Part shown: one piece after another, positions 23,258 through 36,704 of the stretch | How the letters are laid out: each line of letters begins with the position of its first letter | How positions within the stretch are numbered: the first letter of the stretch is position 1 | Assembly (NCBI GenBank): GCA_051294375.1 | Contig: JBJCIZ010000046.1 | Location: 10,162 to 74,161 of the forward strand | Direction of reading: 5' to 3' | From: Paraspadella gotoi | Lineage: Eukaryota; Animalia; Chaetognatha | DNA: 64,000 bases | Notes under the pieces: generated by a model | Database searches by the model: none | Told to the model about the DNA's origin: nothing | The model's input: only the letters and a program-made list of their open reading frames with translations | Program-made: the position numbers and the translations under genes

Positions 23258-26200
23258 AGAATAGTTCGTCCTTTTCTCTCTAAAGACTCGTTTCAGGTCA
23301 TTTTAAAATGACCACTATTTAAAATGACCATTTTGATTATTTTTACTTTCGTGAGAGCTTGCGATACGTTTTTAGTTTCTCTGCAGAGCTCAAACGTTGT
23401 ACCCGCTTCGAAAACCCGTTTTTACGGGTCTCCGGTAGGATTTTGACTAATAAAGTTTCACAATAAAATAAGAAACATCTTTTCTATTCGGGCCCATGTT
23501 AAGATAGTCAGAACGGGCAACGTTCGAATGTTTGCCTTCGCGAGCGTGAGACCAAAATATCTCACAATAATAATAATAATAATAATAAAAATAATAAGAA
23601 GAATTTTTAATAACAATTTTCATTTACTTAATTTTATTGTAAATATCAGTTTTAGTTTTTGTCACTTTGTATTGCTTTATTTTGTTTCTTGCCTTTGTTT
23701 TTTATTCATTATATAATTTTTTTTAAATATTTACAAATAATAAATTTTGTAAATATTAAAAATAAACCTCTCTGTTCTCATCACAAACTCAATAAAATAA
23801 AAGAAAAAAAGAATATCAAACTTGACTTAAAGGCAACAATAATGTTACTAAGAGTAAAATAGCTGATGCCTTTTGTATGATAAACAACACCTCTCTTACC
23901 TTAAAATATTTTTTTAACATGACAATGTCTTACAATTTATTTTTTTTTGTTTATATTAAGAAAGTTTTAAATACCATTTGACTAAATCCATAAATTCATT
24001 TGTTTCCTGATCGCTTTAGTTTATTTGTTTGCTTTATTTTAGGTAGTTTAAAATAATGCAAAACTTTATACATTAATTAAAAATTATTAGATAAAGTAAC
24101 TTCTTAAAAATAAAAACAGTTTTATATCTCCTTATTTCATATATATTTGAATAAAACTATCTGCTTAACCATCTTTACTTTTTTTCAATTTTTTAGGTTT
24201 TTTTCCAAAAAATTACTATTTTTAAATAATATTTAAACATTAAGTAATGTAAGTTTTTTACATTTATTTAGTTGAAAAGAGTTTTATATACTTGAATTTA
24301 ACTATATTTTACTTAATTAATAATATTAACCATTTTTATTTTATTTATAAATTTGCAATTTTTTTTATTTTTTTGCATCTTATCGCATTATAAAATCGAT
24401 AGAACGAGAAAATTGGCCGAGCGAATTTTTAATTTTTTGATCTGAGGAATAGTTTTACATGTGTTTCAAAAAATTAGGAGGGCACAAGATGCCCTTTTTT
24501 ATTTCTTGTATTTATACTTCGCGCTATATTTTCCGTTTTGTTCGTTTTTTGATAGCCTAGGAGAAGAGACGACATATAGAGTAGGAAAGAATAATATAGA
24601 TTATCTCTCTTTGATCGTTTATATTATTCATAGTTTGTCCCTAACATTTTTTCACTTTTTGGTAAAGTTTTTTGCCTCAACTTTCAAAACACTCTAGACG
24701 GACGGAGTTTTGTAAGTTGACGCGAAAATATAATAACTTTAGGCTTTTGGAGCGACGGTCAACCCTGTTCATGACTGTCTCCCTGCGCGCCGCAAGGCGG
24801 ACGGTCTCTCTTGTACGTATAGCCGGTTCCATTAAGAATTGGTTGAGAGAATTTGTCGGGAACTCCAAACTTTTTTTTTGGCATTCGGTAACGAAAGGTT
24901 TACTTGTCTGACTACCGTCTTCCTCTTTAGACGGGAAAGGACCTTACCGAGAACCCCTTTAGTACTTACCCGTCCTTACAGTTGCGTCCCGGCTTTCTTT
25001 GGCAGGTTAGCTGGTTCGTAATCGTTCGGACATTGTACGTCTTACTTTTTTGTGTCTTTCTCCCTTTAAAATAAGATAGCAGGGAGCTGGGTAAGGAGCC
25101 AGCGACGAGAAGGTTTACCATGTTATTGCTTTGCTTGCTTTTTGGCAGGGTTGGAGCATGCTCGCCCCATCCATTGTCTCCTAGTTTTACCTTGCCGTAT
25201 TTAATCTCGTTAATACGGCAGACGGATGCTTAAAGTAAGGTTAAACCAGTAAAGTAACTTCCTTCAGCGCATTTAGTAATGATTATGTTTTATAGAGTAA
25301 CGATTTTTTGGTTTTCTTATGTTTTGGGTTTTAGTATTATTTTAAAATTATTTTTGCTTTACAGTGTATATTTTGATAATTCATTCCAAGAAGATTCGTT
25401 TACAAGAAGATCGTTTTACAAGAAGAACGGCGAATTTAGTACAAATTTGATTCTCTTCTCATTTTACTATTTTTTCCCGTAGGAGTAGTCTAAGGTTTTT
25501 TCGTGTCGTAGTACGGTTGTGCGTCTCTAATATTTTTTGGTAAGGAGTCGAACGTACGCAGATCTTCAAAGATTTGTTCTTCCGCATCGAGGTCCTCATC
25601 GAGAATCGTGAGGGATGCTTGAGGGATGCCTGAGGAATGTCTGGAAAATGTTTGACGATTCTTTGATGCGGCTACCTGCGGTAAGGAAAATTTGAATATT
25701 TTGAGATTTGTGTCCTTCGTCTCTGGTTGTTTGTGATTATGAAAGGCACCTTTTCGCCTTGCCATGTTCGTCTGAAGGTTGAAGGGTTGATATCGTTCTT
25801 AGCCGGTTCGATATTAATCTTGAGATCCGATTTCGTTCCTGCGGGGGGCGGACAGTTTCATTTCGGTAAATTTCGTGTATATCGTTTTACCAATGATCGA
25901 CAACCTTAGTATTTTTAATTTACCTTTTCGGTTCCATCTTTGGAATTCGAATTGGCCCCGGCGGTGCCGTATTGTCCTTACAATTTGGGCTTCCACTAAT
26001 ATTCACGTTTCCTTTTTTAGTTGGCTACTCATCGAAGGATTCGGGTGTAACATATGTCGAGTTCGAGGTTGGCCTCAGGAGACAGATCCACTGGCGTTCG
26101 AACTTTGACCTAAGTGAAAATAGAAAAGTTTATTTTGCTTCTAAATTTCGAGAAATGGATTAGACAGAATTTTGTAGTAATAATGCCCGAAGATAGTTTG

Positions 26201-26488
26201 CCAAAAATCATTTTATTGTGTTAGTAAGTCAGTAAGTTAGAAAATATTTAGCTCCCTTTGATCTCATTCCCCCCTGCCTTGTGTCAATTTTTTTATAGGA
26301 TTCTTTGAATTGTATCTTTTTCAGTTAGCGGGCAAACATTTTTAAAGTTAATTGCCAGGATTGGCCAGTTTTTTAGTATTTTACGTTTTTTTGGATTGCG
26401 GTTGAAAAACGGGTGTACTGAAACACGCCGTACAGAGTTATTTTTTCCTTTTCTTATTCGTAGTCGCCATCGTCACACGGCGCTTCGC

Positions 26489-28409
26489 AACTCGGCAGAG
26501 GTTGGTGAGCGGCACCTCCGGCCGTTATACGTGAACCGAGCGAACATAGTTGTCTTCGTTTATGCCATTTTTTGGGTAAAAAATTATGTTTAGATTTACA
26601 ACAACCGTAGTTTTTATTTACATCAGGCTCGGTTTTTCTAAATCATTATTGTGTAACCTGCCTGTTTCGTCTTCAAACATGATAACTTGAAGTACATTAG
26701 TGTGTGGAAGAGGGTTGTCGCCGGTCAGTTTGTCGTCTGCCGTCGTTACCCGCCTGTCCGTTCAACCGCTTGTCAGTTTTTTGTCAGTATTTTGTCAGTT
26801 TTTTGAAGAGACTGGACTTTTTTTTTGAGGTATTATGACAAGTCCTGGGCGCATTTTTTGCATACTCAGCTTTTAAAATTTCTTCCTTTCTGCTTTCCAT
26901 CCCCCTGCGACCGGATATTTTAGATGGTTCTTTCTAGACATTAGCTGATTCTGATTGGTGCCCATGATTTTGATAGATTTCGATTTGATTCTAATCGAAT
27001 TCTGGCTACATGGTATCTTCAGATCTCAAAGTTGTCACTGGGTTTTTAGTTCTCTTCAGAGCATAGAAACTCTTTTATCAGATATCTCGGAATCTTATTT
27101 TTTTGTGTGATTGCTGGTTTGGTGGACTTTTCTATGAGAGAAGCATCTCTATTTTTGTTTATTATTGGCCTCAGAAACAAGTAAGAAAGACACTTTAAAC
27201 TTATATATTTTTGCTGAGTTTGTACTAAAAGTTTTGTTATTCCTTGCCCAGGACTTCTAACAGCATCAGACTCACAACAAGACATTTTGTCAAGTCCTGG
27301 GCTTTGTAGATCGTCGTCCTTTTGGCCTTAGCCGACGTCGTCTACTGAGACTGTGTTGTCCTCATCTCCAGGGCATCATGACCGGCGCCATCGTCTCTTC
27401 TGCGCCATTTTAACCCGAGTTCATCTGGTCTTCAATGCGCAGAATAAGCCTAGACAAACTCGGCAGAGGTTGGTGAGCGGCACCTCCGGTCATTATACGT
27501 GAACCGAGCGTGCTTGTTTCGTCTTCAAACATGATAACTTGAAGTACATTAGTGTGTGGAAGAGGGTTGTCGCCGGTCAGTTTGTCGTCTGCCGTCGTCA
27601 CCCGCCTGTCCGTTCAACCGCTTTTTTCGTCAGTATTTTGTCAGTTTTTTGAAGAGACTGGACTTTTTTTTTTTGAGGTATTATGACAAGTCTGGCGCAT
27701 CTTTCTGCTATACGTCAGCTTTTAAAATTTCTTCCTTTCTGCTTTCCATGCCCCTGCGCGACCGGATATTTAGATGCGTCTTTCTAGACATTAGCTGATT
27801 CTGCATTCTGAGTGCCCTCCATGATTTCGAATCAGATCTCGATTTGATTCTAATCGAACTTCTGGCTCAGTCCGTGTGTATCTATTTCCAGATCTCAAAG
27901 TTGTCACTGGTGTTTTTCAGTTCTCTTCAGCAGCCAAGACAGAAAGCTCTTTTTATCAAGATACGTCTCGGAATCTCTATTTTTTTTTTGTGTGATTGCT
28001 GGGTTTGGGCTGAGACTGTTTCTATGCAGAGAAGCCAGTCTCGTTATATTTGTTTGTATTGGCCTCTCAAAACCAACGTAAGCAAAGACACTTTAAACTT
28101 ATATATTTTGCTGAGCTTTGTACTAAAGTTTTGTTATTCCTTGCCAGGACCTTCTACAGCCACAGACTCACAACACCATTTCGACATACTGTTGATCGAC
28201 GCGCCAGCTGCCTGGGGCTGTTCGTAGATCGTCCGTACCTATGCTTGCGAAACGTATAACACTCGTAGATAAGCTCCCCGCACAGTCGATCTACCTGAGA
28301 CTGTGTCGTCCTCATCTCCAGGCGCAGTCATGACCGGCGCCATCGTCTCTTCTGCCCATTTTCAACCCAGTTCATCTGTACTTCAATGCGCCAGCAATAA
28401 GCCTAGACA
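26489..28409. repeat. Tandem duplication of an approximately 950-bp unit with degenerate minus-strand coding potential
   Basis: aactcggcagaggttggtgagcggcacc starts at 26489 and 27458; both units end gcctagaca; the second lacks about 120 bp and has many extra-base differences. Confidence 0.85.
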
Positions 28410-29121
28410 GTTAGAATTCAAAGACGCCACTCCTCCGATACTTGCGTTTCAATACAATAACAACTATAAATATAATAATAATAATAAATAATATAATAAT
28501 AAATAACATAAAATAATATTATAACAATAAGATAACAATATAATATAATCAATAATGAATAATAATAATAATAAAACAAGTGTGAAAACAATGCTCGCGC
28601 ATCTGCCCTACGATAATTAATTAATTAATTTAATTAATTAATTTAATCCAATTTAATTAATTAATTTAATAGTAATAATTTATTTTCAAATTTAATTCAA
28701 CTTATCATCATCGATGTCCTTAAATCTGGGTTAGGACAGTTTATTAAATATGTTTTGCTTATACATTTTATCCAAAACAAACAAATATCCTCTATTTTAT
28801 TTATTCTCCTTCTCTCTCTCTCTCTCCACTCTCTCTCTCTCCTACATCCGTCCCTAGTTCTCCTATTGCAACCTTGCGACCATCTTTATCTTTTTAAGAT
28901 TTGCTTTAACTGCATCGATTTTTTTCACACTTAATAATTAATTAATTAATTAATTAAAACATTTATTAGTAATCCATTAATATCTAAAGATTCAATTTGT
29001 AAAATGTGACTTATGTTTCTTNNNNNNNNNNNNNNNNNNNNNNNNNNNNNNNNNNNNNNNNNNNNNNNNNNNNNNNNNNNNNNNNNNNNNNNNNNNNNNN
29101 NNNNNNNNNNNNNNNNNNNNN

Positions 29122-30277
29122 GCCTATGTCCAAACTGGATCTCATGAGGAGACATTTCTGTCTTCCAGCCTATGATGGGCGTGGCGTTCAGCAGCAACAT
29201 TAAGTGAGGGAGGTGATCCAGCCATTTTCTCGGTTGGTCCTCAACAGCTTTACGGAGGGCTTGACGTATTCTGCCGATGTCCCTCTCTGCCCTATTACTG
29301 TCCTTTCTCCCAACTAAGACTCTTCTGCCAACTGTGTCGAGCAGGTCCAGTATGGAGCTCATTGCCTTTCCGTTTAGTTGTGTTGCGCCATCAAAGTTAA
29401 CTTCCATATAAGAGCCGTGCTGGAGGAAGATCCTTTCATCTAGTGCTTTCACGATCGTTTNNNNNNNNNNGCGGCGTAGTGGGATAGCCCACGTGTATGC
29501 AGATGCATTGTCAGATGCAACTAAGGCATAGTTAAATCCAGCTACTGGGGGAAGATGCATTACATCGATGCTCAGTGATTCCCATGGAGTGATGGCTAAA
29601 TTTGGAGCTGACGGAGTTTCATTGTTTCTCTGTGCATCAGTAGCTTTTGCGCAGTTATCACAGTTTCTTACACATCTTGCTGCGGCGGCCGATAACCCTG
29701 GTGCTGTGACATATTGAGCTGATATAAATGCTGTGCGATCGCGGCCGGGGTGTCCATAATGTTGATGTATTTTTCTTATTATCTCTTCGATTCTACTAGG
29801 TGGAACAACGAACTTTGTGGTTGGGTTATCTGCTTTATAACCTTTTAATATCANNNNNNNNNNTTCAGTTATGTCAAGATCAGCGAGGACGTTTGTAAGG
29901 TACTTTTCGGTTAAAGTCTTTCTTTTTTGCATTTTTTCATTTAGCATTCTCTCGGCGTTAGCCCGGTCATTTTGTTGCAAGGCCTTTATGACGATTTTGA
30001 ATACCTCGTCTTCCTGTTGCCATTGTCTAACGTGTGTCGCTAATGGCATGAGTTTTATTTCTATCTTGTCAGGATTCGCTGCTTCCTCTGCTATTTCTGG
30101 GGCTGAGGCGTCGACGTCTGCCTCCATTGTGCTGTCGATCATTAACTCTTCTTTTGCGCCGGGCCATTTCGATTGAATTGTTTGCACTGAGGCTTGTTGA
30201 GTTGTTGTGATTGGCGTTGGTGGCGTTCTTGCGTCGTTTGGTTCTGGCATCTCTACATGGACTAAGTCCTCTGGCAA
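29122..30277 (-). CDS. Family B integrase, copy B2 (C-terminus lost in gap)
   Basis: HQHYGHPG...CDNC, SIDVM, NFDGA, NRAERDI. Confidence 0.92.
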
Positions 30278-33242
30278 CGCCTCCCAGCGATGGCTGGCGA
30301 TCTTTTGTTTCTTTGGTCTTCCTCTCAGCTCTGGTTTTCTCAGATTCTCTACGCTGATTGTCTGGATGTTCTCATTTGCTGGGCGTATGAGAGGCGTGTC
30401 GGATTTTCGCGACTGATGAGACTGACTTGTCCAGTTATGGTTCTAAATATTTTTATTCGTCGACGTGGTCGGTCGGTCCGTATGTCTTTCAAACTTACAC
30501 CCGGCCTCTCGTGTCGAGTCCTCTTCCATCATTGTGATTGCGATGCCTGTCATTTCGCCTAACATTTCAGTTCTGGATGGCCTAAACTCCAGTCTTAGGC
30601 AGATATTGTTCTGACGAAGGCGTCAGCGTCCTTCGTCTTTGGTTTCCCATACAACTTTTCTATGTTCTTTTGATTGATGCAAATTTTTGTCGTACAAATT
30701 CGAAAAACTTTGTTCTGAAAGCTTTTTGTTCCTCTCCCAGTGTTTGGGCCACCAAGGCAAGAGTGGGTGCATGGCCTGTTATTAAATCTAGATGTTCTGG
30801 GGTCACGTGATCTTGTACTGGGTTTTCGGCAAATCCTGGTTCATAATCGCCGTCGACATCGAAGCCGGCGGGGAAAAAAATGGGTGTCGAGGGGTGTGAC
30901 CTGTCCTTGCTCAGTGAATCGTGTTAAGAAGTCGGCCGGATTGTCTTCGCTTTTCACTAGGATAATTTCTTTGGTTGGCATTCTTGCCGGATTTCCGTTA
31001 TCCATCTTAAGACGTTTGTCGGGAGCATTTGTTGTCGGTCATGCTGTAGATCATCTTTACTCTTTTAAAGTATTGGGAATCAGTTACTAAGGTCACCCTT
31101 CTCCGCACGTGTACCCTTGAACTTTCGCACCATCATGTTAAAGGCCAGGGTTTCTAAAGACATTGATGTGCTTTGATCGGTATTCTTCGGGGAATGATTG
31201 AGTGAAATGAGAGCGGATATTCGACGCCGTCGGCTGTGGCGGTGATTAATCCGCCCATGGCGCTGGTACTAGCGTCCGCGTAAATTCGATAGAACCATTC
31301 TTGATTCTGGCATCATAAAAAGTTTAACTGGGCAAGCCTTGATTTCGTCAACAAGGGTTGGAGCATCTCGATTGTGTTCGGAGAGCTTGAAATCTTTTCT
31401 TGTCGGTAAGGTTAGGGCATGAAGGGGTTGGGCGATGTAAGAAAATCGATGCGTAAAGCATCTGTATAGTTTAAGGAAGCTAGCATTGCTCTTAGTTCCT
31501 TTTGCGTTTTGAGAGCTTAGCTTTAACTCGACTGCTTGAAGCTTTTCTTTTTGTGGGAGGAGCCTGCTTTTGGAGATGCTGAACCCAGTATCTTGATGTC
31601 TTCCTTTCTGAGGAGGACACTCTTCTTCCCATTTGAGGACGACGTTTTCGTCTCGGCATCTCTGCAGTAGATCTCTGAGTCTCTGTGCCATGTCTTCGGG
31701 TGACTTGGCTGTGAGTATGANNNNNNNNNNNNNNNNNNNNNNNNNNNNNNNNNNNNNNNNNNNNNNNNNNNNNNNNNNNNNNNNNNNNNNNNNNNNNNNN
31801 NNNNNNNNNNNNNNNNNNNNNNNNNNNNNNNNNNNNNNNNNNNNNNNNNNNNNNNNNNNNNNNNNNNNNNNNNNNNNNNNNNNNNNNNNNNNNNNNNNNN
31901 NNNNNNNNNNNNNNNNNNNNNNNNNNNNNNNNNNNNNNNNNNNNNNNNNNNNNNNNNNNNNNNNNNNNNNNNNNNNNNNNNNNNNNNNNNNNNNNNNNNN
32001 NNNNNNNNNNNNNNNNNNNNNNNNNNNNNNNNNNNNNNNNNNNNNNNNNNNNNNNNNNNNNNNNNGGTGGAAACATGCCAGAATGTCGACGGAACATTGC
32101 AGTTCATGTGGCTTGTATTGCTCAAGGATTGAGGAGATTGTCTGTGGTTCCGTGGCGTATGNNNNNNNNNNNNNNNNNNNNNNNNNNNNNNNNNNNNNNN
32201 NNNNNNNNNNNNNNNNNNNNNNNNNNNNNNNNNNNNNNNNNNNNNNNNNNNNNNNNNNNNNNNNNNNNNNNNNNNNNNNNNNNNNNNNNNNNNNNNNNNN
32301 NNNNNNNNNNNNNNNNNNNNNNNNNNNNNNNNNNNNNNNNNNNNNNNNNNNNNNNNNNNNNNNNNNNNNNNNNNNNNNNNNNNNNNNNNNNNNNNNNNNN
32401 NNNNNNNNNNNNNNNNNNNNNNNNNNNNNNNNNNNNNNNNNNNNNNNNNNNNNNNNNNNNNNNNNNNNNNNNNNNNNNNNNNNNNNNNNNNNNNNNNNNN
32501 NNNNNNNNNNNNNNNNNNCCCACACAATTTCCCAGACTAGGTGAGCCTTGTCTTGGAGAGACGGGTCTACGTCTTTGAAGGGTTTTAGGAATGCTTCCTT
32601 TCCGCTGGTGCGTCATGTTTTTGGCGCCTGTCTTGGCCTGGCTTCTCCTCGACTGCTTTGATCTCTTCTTTCCGTTGGTTTTGTGATGAACTATCTAGTC
32701 GTGGCGGGGATATGGTCTTTTCTCACTTCCTGGTACGGGTTTTTCCTGTTAAGTCGCCGCCTGGACTGGGTTCGGCTGTGGATCCTGTTTCAAGTCCTAG
32801 TTCGGATCTTGCCTGATTGGTTATTAGAGGTTCTTGCCTGTGCCCCAGGGTCCTGGATGGGCGTACAAATTCAACTCCTTCTCTCAGTTGGTCCCGTCTG
32901 CGACGATGTGCTTCTCTCCATTCCTGGACTCGATTATCCACCTGGTACTGGCCAGGGTTTTCCAATATGGTTTATAGTGGAGGTTAGTATGATCCTTCCC
33001 TCCGCGTTTTGTTCGCGTGAATCGGCCACCATGTGTGTGTTCATCCACGTTTTCCCGAGCAGCAACCATCTGGCAGCCTTCAAGGCCTCGTATTTGTCTC
33101 GGAACAAGTGGGTTACGGGCTTTTTCCCATGGAGGCGACCTGGAGGTCGTGTCTTTGGTTAGATGGTTGTACTACCCACAATTGGTCTGGAGGCCCGGGG
33201 TTGGTGACTGCCGTTCCTATGATGATGTCGTCTGATCATTCC

Positions 33243-33533
33243 TCATCCGCGGAGATACAACGTTTTTAGGGTCCATTTTTGGAACATGATTCTTAAGTTT
33301 ATTCTTCTGGTGAGAGTGATGGTTCCAGTGGCTGTTGACAGCCTGAGAGGGGTTCCGTGGTAAATGTGTTTCGACAAGGCCCATTTTTCGATGAACTTTC
33401 GTGGGACAGTGTTTACGGATGCCCCTGTATCATACAGGCAGCTTGCTGGTGCTCCTGCGATTACAGCTGGAATGTAGCTGTTTTTCCTCTGTGTGACATA
33501 TTTTTGCGGTGTCGTCTCTGGGCTCAGGTCCAC
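33243..33533 (-). CDS. Family B aspartic protease
   Basis: SCLYDTGASVNTV motif. Confidence 0.85.
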   Translation of the reverse strand: MDLSPETTPQKYVTQRKNSYIPAVIAGAPASCLYDTGASVNTVPRKFIEKWALSKHIYHGTPLRLSTATGTITLTRRINLRIMFQKWTLKTLYLRG

Positions 33534-33599
33534 TTTTTCCTTTAATGATGTTTGTTAGATTTTCGGGTAAGATTGGGCATCTCCTTTTCATCTTTGGTA

Positions 33600-35780
33600 G
33601 TGTCGGGGTATTGGTTGAGGTGACAAAAAATGTTCAGCTGGTGGCACTCTAATTCCACTCGCCTGATTGGTCGCCTGGTGGAGAGATTCGCCATTTTGTT
33701 CTCCAGCAATGATTTCGTAAGTAGGATTGTTTTTATCCCTGCTGGCCGGAGCTTCCTTTAGGGAAGGCTTACCCTGTCGCTTCGTCGGGTTGGGCCTACT
33801 TTTTCGCCTTTGCTGGGCTTTAGTTGGTTTGTTCTACTAGGATATTTTTGGTTGAGATTCCTGGTTGGGTTTGGTCCGGATGGCTTTTCTAAATAATTTA
33901 GCACAGGTTTTCGATCTTTTTATGATCGCCCTTTTTCCTGCTTGGTCAGCTTTACTCCAATCCGCCCAGCCCAGTTTATGGAGAAATTTGTTGGCGAGGG
34001 CGATCTCTCCTGCACCCAGGGGTTTAAGTAATTTATACATCCTAGAAGCAGTTGATTTGCCTCTCAATCTGTTGGCCGTATTGGCTAATTCTTTGACTTT
34101 GTTTCTATCTTCGTCCTTCACTCGCTGTGTGTCCTCTCTCATCACCTTTTCTCCAAGGTTTTTATAAGAGTCTTTTAGAATTTGGTCTGTGCTGTTACTT
34201 TATCTTTCTACTCTCCTATGGTTTTTATTCCAACGCGGATATAAGAATCATCTTTATTTACATCAAAGTCATCAGCGGAGTCAGTATTAAACTCATTAGT
34301 TACATCAACAATATCCCGTCTCTTTCCAAAGTGTGGAGCTTTCTTCCCTCTTTTTTCGTCGCGCCATCCTACTTTTTTTTTGTTTTTCCAGTCGCGGCTT
34401 TTGTCGAACCTCCTTTCGTCAGTTACGGCTGGGGCTGGGCGATCGCGGCGTTCATTAGCGGGCGATCCGGTTGGCGACTCCGTTTGGTTGGGAGGGCGCA
34501 CCGTGCGCTGTCTAAGTCCTCTCTTCCAGTTCCTTTATCTTTTCATTTCATGTTGTTCATTTCCTGAAGAACAGTTCCTTGGTAAGGGCCGTGGCACTGT
34601 ACCGGGTCTTCTATCCGTTTGCCTCTTTGGACGAGCGCATTAATGAGCTTTTCTTTGTCGTCATCGGACACGGTCCTTATGATTTTCCTTATGGAGTTGT
34701 CGGCCGTTTTCTTTAAATATCCCCGGCAATTTATATTCAATTGCTTTGCCGAGACGGCGGGTTTCGCCCTCTCTCGAGCATTGGGTCCATTCTAGCGTCT
34801 CCGACGTTATCCCTGGTACATTAGGGTTCCATAGCTTCCACCAGCATCTGGGCAACGTAGTCCGGTATTGATGCTCTGTCCTTTTCTCTTACCGCCTCGA
34901 AGTTTTCTTTCGCGGCATTGACGAGGCCGAGGCCATATTTGGCATGGACCTGCGGGTCCACCTCGATCTTTGCTTCGGCGAGAGCCTCCGCGATGCTGAC
35001 CGAGGAGCCCTCGCACAACGCGCGCAGTCCCAACCACATGGATTGGTTGATGGGTTCAAGAACCTGTTCGCGGACCTTGTCTCGCGCAAGGAGGGCCCGA
35101 AGTTGCTTGGTCAACCTTGTCCGGCGAAGGGGAGTCTATGAAGGCCTCGTAGAAGCTACAAAAAATCTCCGAGATTCTCCTCCTCTTTTCCAGTTTAATG
35201 GGCTGCTCGACGGGCGTATATAGGACGGCGGATCGCTTCTTCCGCTTTCCGAAGGGATTCCTCTGGTGTTGAAAGCCTTTTACTTAGAGTTTGGCTGGCA
35301 AAAGGCCCAGTTTGAGGGTTGACCGGCTGCAGCGGCGGCGGCGAGGGCGGCCGGCTGGGGTAGAGGTTAGATGCGTGGCGATGGAGTCTAGAGCTAGATG
35401 CGTCAGTCGTGTGTTGACGTCACGGCCGTTGTCGCGGGACATCATGACTTTCATCATTTGATGAATTTCATCCATTTTTGTGCCGAAGCTTCGTCTCGGT
35501 TATCGTCGAATTTTTTTATTCATTCGTGCGTAGTTTTGGTCATTTTTTAAATTCGCACTGTTTATTAACGTAAGGATTTGGCGTGTCACTTTCCGCTTGA
35601 TTCGTCTCCAATTGGCATTGCTCTAAGAGAGCTCCCGTGAGTTCGAACGTATGGTAGTCGAGATCCTGCGTGGCTGCTACCGTCTTCATTTGTTGCGGTG
35701 CCTGTGGCTGGCTTTGCGGCCCCTTTCTCCAGCCGGCTTTGGCTGGGGGAATAGTTGGGGCTGGGGAATCCATCTTTCCT
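33600..35780 (-). CDS. gag: Family B Gag region (frameshifted fragments)
   Basis: Consecutive minus-strand ORFs between PBS and protease; REGETRRLG..IE capsid-like segment; assignment is mainly positional. Confidence 0.6.
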
Positions 35781-35845
35781 TGAGGGGTGGGCGTGGTCGT
35801 TGTTTTGGTAAGGCTTGATTCTTCTTTTCTTGGAGAAGTGGGGTG

Positions 35846-35866
35846 TCGAATCCACTCCTGTCACCA
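35846..35866 (-). promoter_or_regulatory. Primer binding site, tRNA-Leu-like
   Basis: TGGTGACAGGAGTGGATTCGA is complementary to a tRNA 3' end TCGAATCC(C)ACTCCTG..ACCA typical of tRNA-Leu. Confidence 0.75.
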
Positions 35867-35869
35867 CAT

Positions 35870-36217
35870 TTAAGTAAATAGACAGGGTTTTGAACGTGAA
35901 ACCAAAGTGGAATTTATTGATATAAAAACAGATATGAAGACGGTGTCAATTTTGGACAGAATGATCAACTACAAAATTCTACATCTATTTATACAGAGCA
36001 AGTGGATCAGAGACGTGGGTAAATTTTACAGCCTCTTCGCTCATTGGCCGCTTCCATTTGAGTCTCGGCCAATCAGAGAGCTCGATTCCTTTTTGGTAAT
36101 TTCTTCCCGAGCCTCCGATCCGGTTCCATCTCTGTATCAGAGAGCTCGATTCCATTTCGGTGATTTCTCCTCGAGCTTCTGATCCGGTTCCAGCTCTGTA
36201 TCTCCTGTGATGATACA
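35870..36217 (-). repeat. 5' LTR of B2
   Basis: Starts TGTATCATCACAGG; internal roughly 65-bp direct repeats (36075-36205); TATAAATA near 35990; AATAAA near 35915; abuts PBS. Confidence 0.8.
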
Positions 36218-36704
36218 CTCAAATTTAATCATAAAAAAGGCGACGACGACAACGACGCCACTTATGTGCAAAATCGCAGGAAAATTGTCGCAATCGCGAG
36301 TTGCGTTGAGTGGCTACAGGGGAGTCATTGTGCGGACGTGGTGGAGACGGGGCCTCCACCACGCTTTTGATTTCACTTTTTCACTTTTCAATTTTTCACA
36401 CTTTGTTATTTATTAATAGTTAATTGTTAAAAATATTTATTTCACCTTTAGTTTCAACAATTTATCTTTGTTGTACATTACAAAAAATGTATTATCTTTC
36501 AAATGTTCTCTCTATTTCTCTCTCTCTCTCAATTTTTCACCATTTAGTTTCTTTTCGCAATCTAGCTCATTCTGTCCTCACTTTAACCTGTCCTCACATC
36601 TGACCACTATTCTTCTCTCAACTCAACTTTGCCCTCTCTCTCTTTTTCTCTCTCTCTCTCTTTTCCATTGCACAAACTTTGTTTGAAATTTCACAAACAT
36701 CTTT

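Larger units (their letters stand above)
29122..36217 (-). mobile_element. Gypsy family B copy B2 (5' LTR, PBS, gag, protease, RT in gaps, RNase H, OTU-like spacer, integrase)
   Basis: Integrase similar to B1 with many synonymous changes; CLYDTGASVN protease; VDILACFH and ILTAKSPEDMAQRLRDLLQRCR RT fragments; LTR and PBS present. Confidence 0.92.

Noticed and set aside
31269-32616. Long ORFs of 160-418 aa
   Set aside because: They run through N gaps; only short RT fragments are real.
35846-35866. tRNA gene
   Set aside because: Only the 3' 21 nt including CCA are present, adjacent to an LTR: a primer binding site.
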